Assembly (NCBI GenBank): GCA_010015805.1
Contig: ML978128.1
Coordinates: forward strand, 62,001-126,000
Source: Rhizodiscina lignyota
Taxonomy: Eukaryota
DNA length: 64,000 nt
Direction of reading: 5' to 3'
In this document: piece after piece, positions 59,078-64,000 of the stretch
How positions within the stretch are numbered: position 1 is the stretch's first letter
Layout: each line of letters opens with the position of its first letter
Translations under genes and position numbers: made by a program
Notes under the pieces: generated by a model
Database searches by the model: none
The model's input: the letters and a program-made list of their open reading frames with translations, nothing else
Told to the model about the DNA's origin: nothing

Positions 59078-60678
59078 ATGAGCACGATGTCTCCGCATCA
59101 ACCACAGCACCTTTACTATGAGGGGAAGCAGCAGAAGGCTTCCTCAGGCAAGACTTTCGAAACAATAGATCCCTCGACCGCAAAACCTCTCGCAACAATC
59201 CACTCAGCCTCCCATTCCGATATCGACGCCGCAATTGCTTCCGCCTCCACCGCATTCCACTCGTGGTCCCATACCCCTCCAAACCAGCGATGCCGTATCC
59301 TCCTGAAGGCTGTGCAAATACTTCGAGAGCGCAATGATCAGCTCGCAAAGGTGGAGTCACAAGATACGGGCAAGCCTTTCAGCGAGACAAGCACAGTAGA
59401 CATAGTAACAGGCGCGGATACGCTCGAATACTATGCCAACCTGGTGGGTGGGGGAGGGCTCAATGGGGAGACGGTGACGTTACGAGAAGGTGAAGATGGA
59501 AGTGCTTGGGTGTATACAAGGAAAGAGCCTTTGGGTGTCTGTGTGGGGATCGGTGCCTGGAATTATCCCATTCAGATGTATGTCCCTCTACCTCTCTACC
59601 CAAAAATGGCTCAAAGGAACCCTTGTCCAAATATGTCAGTACAGAAGCTAATAATCCAAACAGAGCATTATGGAAATCAGGCCCCTGCCTTGCTGCTGGT
59701 AACACAATGATCTACAAACCCTCTGAATATACGCCACTTCATGCACTCCTCCTCGCCGATATCTTCACTCAGGCAGGCCTACCTCCAGGCGTCTTCAACG
59801 TCGTACATGGTGCTGGGGACGTTGGTGGGTATCTTACGTCGCATCCATCCGTAGCGAAGGTCAGCTTCACCGGCCAAGTCTCGACAGGACGAAAGGTCGC
59901 CGCGAGTGCGGCGGGAGGGATGAAATACGTGACGATGGAGCTTGGCGGCAAGAGCCCCTTGCTTGTCCTTGATGACTGCGAGGTCGACAACGCAGTTGAC
60001 GGGGCAATGATGGCAAATTTCTTCAGCAGTGGACAGGTGTGTACGAATGGGACAAGGGTGTTCGTGCCGCGAAAGTTGAAGGCGGCGTTTGAGAAGAGGT
60101 TGGTTGAGAAGATGGAGTATATCCGGGCTGGCGATCTGGCAGACTCAGCGACAAACTTTGGTCCTTTAAGCTCGAAATCGCACTGGCAGAAGGTTACCGA
60201 GTACATACGGCACGGGATCGATGCGGACAAGGCGAAATTGCTCTACGGAGGCCTGGGAGCGCCAAATGTGCCTTCCAGATTAAAAGACGGGTATTGGGTT
60301 AACCCGACGGTGTTCACGGATTGTACAGATGATATGAGGATATGCAGAGAAGAGATATTCGGACCAGTTCTTTGCATCCTACCTTATGACACGGTGGATG
60401 AAGCCGTTGAGCGCGCGAACAATACGTCATTAGGTCTTGCAGCTGGTGTCTTCACGAAGGACCTTAATCTGGCGCACAAGGTCGTTGCCCGATTACAAGC
60501 AGGCATCACCTGGATCAATAGCTGGGGGGAGAGTCCCTCAGAGATGAGTGTTGGAGGGTGGAAGATGAGCGGGGTTGGTGTAGAGAATGGCAGGAAGGGG
60601 ATTGAGGCATGGGTTAGGAATAAGAGCACGCTGGTTGATATGGGCGGGCAGGTTGCGACTGTCTTCGCAAAGCTGTAG
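59078..60678 (+). CDS. betB: Betaine aldehyde dehydrogenase, 2 exons (59078-59577, 59664-60678)
   Basis: [61 protein letters not shown] and EEIFGP, the BetB-type signature. Confidence 0.9.
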
Positions 60679-61152
60679 ATATGAAGAGCCAGAATAGTAC
60701 TCGTTTCGAGGTAAATGATCTCAACTTGCACTTGCTTGAGTTGTGTTGCATACCTCCAATGGAGTTCACTATTTGTCTTAGTCTCGCCGGTTCCCGGTCT
60801 TCATGTAACTCCAGCTGTTATAATATCAGCTTCGTCTGAGCATACATCTCTCACTTCAAACTCGCAATGCCGCCGACTTGAGCGACAGACAAGACACTCG
60901 CTGAAGATGAGGGCCTGCTTGATTGGTTGGTAGATCCTTTACCACCGACTGCTATCGCCAGTTTGAGGAAATCCAAATGATCCAATTTCGTAACTCCTGA
61001 AACGCGTAGCGTCATTGCAGTCATGGGGATCGCGATCCGTCGTGTCTTATCAAGCGCATACCAGTATGCCTGATCAAAGTGGGCGAGCAGAATTAGAATC
61101 ACTTGGCTACCTCCCCCGGCGGAGTGGACCCGTCTGGTGTTTGCGCCTTCTC

Positions 61153-62287
61153 TTAACTTTCTGGTGGAGAGAGAATGCTCTCCTCGTACTTCGTCTCACC
61201 GATCGGGGTCCCTGCCATCCAGCGAAGAAGTAGCTTCATCATTTCTCGGTCCTCCGTCTCCATGTTGATGATCTTAGACTTGCGAACGGAGATATGGCCG
61301 ATCCTGTCATCATAATAGGCTTGAGTCAAGCGCAAATTTCTGTCCGAGCCGCAGATGACGGTAGTCTGTGGGTACACGTCAGTTCGTAGGTTTACAATTT
61401 CCGGTCATAGGACATACCGGAACGATCCGGTGCCTCCGGTAATAGGTTGGAGAGTAGAGGCGTGCAGCCATGAGACCGAGCAGAGACCACAACTCGCTAG
61501 CAGACAATTGATCATCCTTCAATGGAGCATCGTCCCCAATAAAACACGTCTCATGAGGCACTTCAGGATTGCACTGGTCTAAAATGCTCAATGCTTGCCA
61601 CTCATTCTTGTCGTCCATTCGGTGGAGTCTCTCTAAGATGGACATGTTTGGCCTAGTGTACGTTAAGTTAATAAGAGTGTCTATGGCTGCAATGTTAGCA
61701 TTGTGTCACGTACATTCTTACCACCCACTGTGTCTTGTTAATCAGGCCAGGGAGGTTATCATCCTGGTTTTCGCCCAACCACGACTTTAACACCGAGCCA
61801 ACCCCAAGTGCGGTGTACGTGGCGCTTGAAGGATCCTTTGACTTTCCGAGCGTGCGAACCTTCCATGGAGCTGCTTGTTCGAGGAAGTCATTCAGGGCTT
61901 CGGAGGGATATAGACGGATGAAGGCGGGGCCGCCATCATTTGACTCTGCTGTCTCGAGGTTGAGGTAGCTCACTTTCACATTCCAGGCTTCTAAATCTTT
62001 TTCGCTCAAATAAAGTCCTTGATGTCTTGTGGTTTTGACAAGTATATCTCTGACGGTCCGAAAGTTGTTCTGAACGATCTTGAACTGTTATGGATTCATC
62101 TTCAAAGTTTTGCCGGCAGAGTGTGGATGGTGGTGCAATTTTCTAGCAGGAGCAGTGTCGTTAGGGAGCTCTCTTTTGCTTCCTCGGGTCCATACAAGAA
62201 TGTTTTGGAGTCCATGTAAGGTGTATTCTCAGCGTTGTGGTCTAGTTTCCTCTCTTCTGGGCCAAACCATCGTGGTTTTGAAGTCAT
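61153..62287 (-). pseudogene. Multi-exon fungal hypothetical gene with an apparent premature TAA in exon 2
   Basis: Intron-like segments link ORF pieces (..LSASELWSLLGLMAARL..HRIVP|TTVICG..RLTQAYYD..LLRWMAGTPIGET). After intron 62195-62143 the frame meets TAA at 62090-62088. Confidence 0.5.
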
Positions 62288-63127
62288 GTCGATTAGCACG
62301 TTTCGATGCTTTTAATTGCCGATCTTGTGGTGAAGGTCGAGTGTCGAAGACATTGTTTTAAGGTGTTGTTGACAGAATGGGGTTTGGCCTAGCAACAACT
62401 TTAGTTGCCAAAAATGGTTAGTACATAGCCCCAGGCCAGTTCCGGTTACGATACGCATACAGTCCGACACGTGACAAAGCGCTGGTACTTAGGTTACCGC
62501 CAGACCTGAACGACTACAACCAGGCTGGGCGCGTGTATCTCTGGCTGTCTCCAACTACACACCTCAGGTACTTCTGCCACTACGACTCACCGTCCTTTCC
62601 ACAGGATGTTGATGCAGTCTCAGCCTTCCCATGGCTTACCCGAGGACTGGTTAACTCGAGTCTTGTTCAGATACACGGGCTGAAATATCCATCTCATCGA
62701 AGCGACAATGGCCCGCTCGGAGACTATATCATTCTAAGAATGTATAGCTTCGATCGCTTTCATGCGAATTATGCAAAGTATTTGATCAGATGGTACGGCG
62801 GAGTGGGCTCGGTCTGGACACTGCGTGTCCTTCTATGTATTCACTTCAATCACTTGGCTTTGTTTTTGTGTCTTCAAGCTTTTGCGCCAATCTCTACACC
62901 GACGTGTTTAATTTCGTACCCATACATAACAAGATCAAACAGCATTCCTTCATTGTCCTCGTAGAGTCAAGCTATCCTCCAAGAAACACGTCGAAAGTGA
63001 GGTCTGATTAAGAAAGTTTGACGGTCAGCCGACGACATTAGTGTCTACCGCCACACGGGAGCGCTGTTTGTGCCGGTTACAATCTCGGAGAACTCATATT
63101 TCTGCTACTTGGCTCTGTGTCCGCACG

Positions 63128-64000
63128 ATGGACCAGTTACCGTGGAATAAGGAGTTGTGGCGGCAGGAATACAAGAAAAAGAAGCTGCAGAGCCGCTCGC
63201 TTCACGGAGAAGGCCTTTTCTCTGCTGCTTCTGAGATTGGCTTCGATCAATATATGCTTTTGAGAGTCGTCTGGAAGGAAATTCGGCTCCAATACCTGCT
63301 GATGAATGAGCGCGCTCAGTGGGTCGAAGAAGAGACGTTCCAATCTGCAAAAAAATTCTTAAAGCGTGAAACATAGTTCCAAGCATATCTGGAGACTTTT
63401 GACAAAAACAGTACCGAGCTTCGTGGGGTCCGTTATGCTGGCCTTGGGACATTTGCTCTTGTTAGGCAATCTCAATGTGCGGTTTTGGAGGAGACCAGAG
63501 GATCGGACGATTACTCTCAGCCCAAGATACATTATACCCGGCAACAATCACAACGACAACCTGCGCCGCCTGTTACTCCTACTCCTGCACCACGACAACG
63601 GCATACAGACCTCCTTGATATCTCCGAAGACATGTCAAACCTCGAAGTATGGTCATCAGAGATGTCTGAAAAGGAGCTCCGCTCTATCACGAAGTCGGAG
63701 ATGTTATCTCCTTTATCCCCATTAGATGGTGAAGAAGCCAAGCATCATCGAGCGACAGATGACGAGCAGACAGTCACACTGCACTTCTGGAATATTTAAA
63801 CGCTATCAGTATTCACATTAAGGAAGTTAAAGGAAAGTGGTCATCTAGAAGGTATCGTTTCCTTTTGGGTAATGACAAGGGGAAGGTCTTCGAAGCACGA
63901 GTCGATGGATACCTTAGAGCACAGGATCCGGAGCAAGTTATCGCTATAGTAGAAGTCAAACCCCTTTTAAGCTCAACATCCAGGAAGGCAAAACTCGTTC
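63128..64000 (+). pseudogene. Disrupted hypothetical gene with a PD-(D/E)xK-like motif, runs off the right edge
   Basis: MDQLPW..SAASEIGFDQYMLLRVVW, in-frame TAG at 63374-63376, frame open to DEQTV, 1-nt frameshift near 63776, then TALLEYLNAI..FEARVDGYL..AIVEVKP. Confidence 0.65.

Noticed and set aside
63374..63376. TAG as a candidate A-to-I restorative editing site (UAG to UGG)
   Set aside because: The same gene also has a frameshift near 63776, so editing alone would not restore it.

Overview
Gene-dense eukaryotic DNA from a filamentous ascomycete (Pezizomycotina-type GT..CTAAC/CTGAC..YAG introns, mostly 45-75 nt). About 28 protein-coding loci could be modelled by hand. Recognisable genes: a thiolase-like protein (cut by the left edge), an IZH/PAQR receptor, two Zn2Cys6 factors, SRPBCC, SDR, an aldo-keto reductase, a metallo-beta-lactamase-fold hydrolase, an OST-alpha transporter, nitronate monooxygenase, ankyrin proteins, a GprM-like 7TM receptor, Rsc7/Npl6, Sch9 kinase, a peroxisomal MaoC dehydratase, an MFS sugar transporter and an adjacent choline oxidase + betaine aldehyde dehydrogenase pair. 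I recognised no rRNA, tRNA, CRISPR array or intact transposon. Most interesting: (1) sch9 is preceded by a spliced ~154-aa upstream ORF whose TGA lies in frame 11 codons before the kinase ATG, and it has a candidate 624-nt in-frame exitron; (2) an NLR-like gene has lost its NACHT core, and a possible intron would join the N-terminal domain directly to ankyrin repeats; (3) several accessory genes carry only one or two inactivating lesions (in-frame stops or frameshifts). All gene models and family calls are by eye, without database searches.
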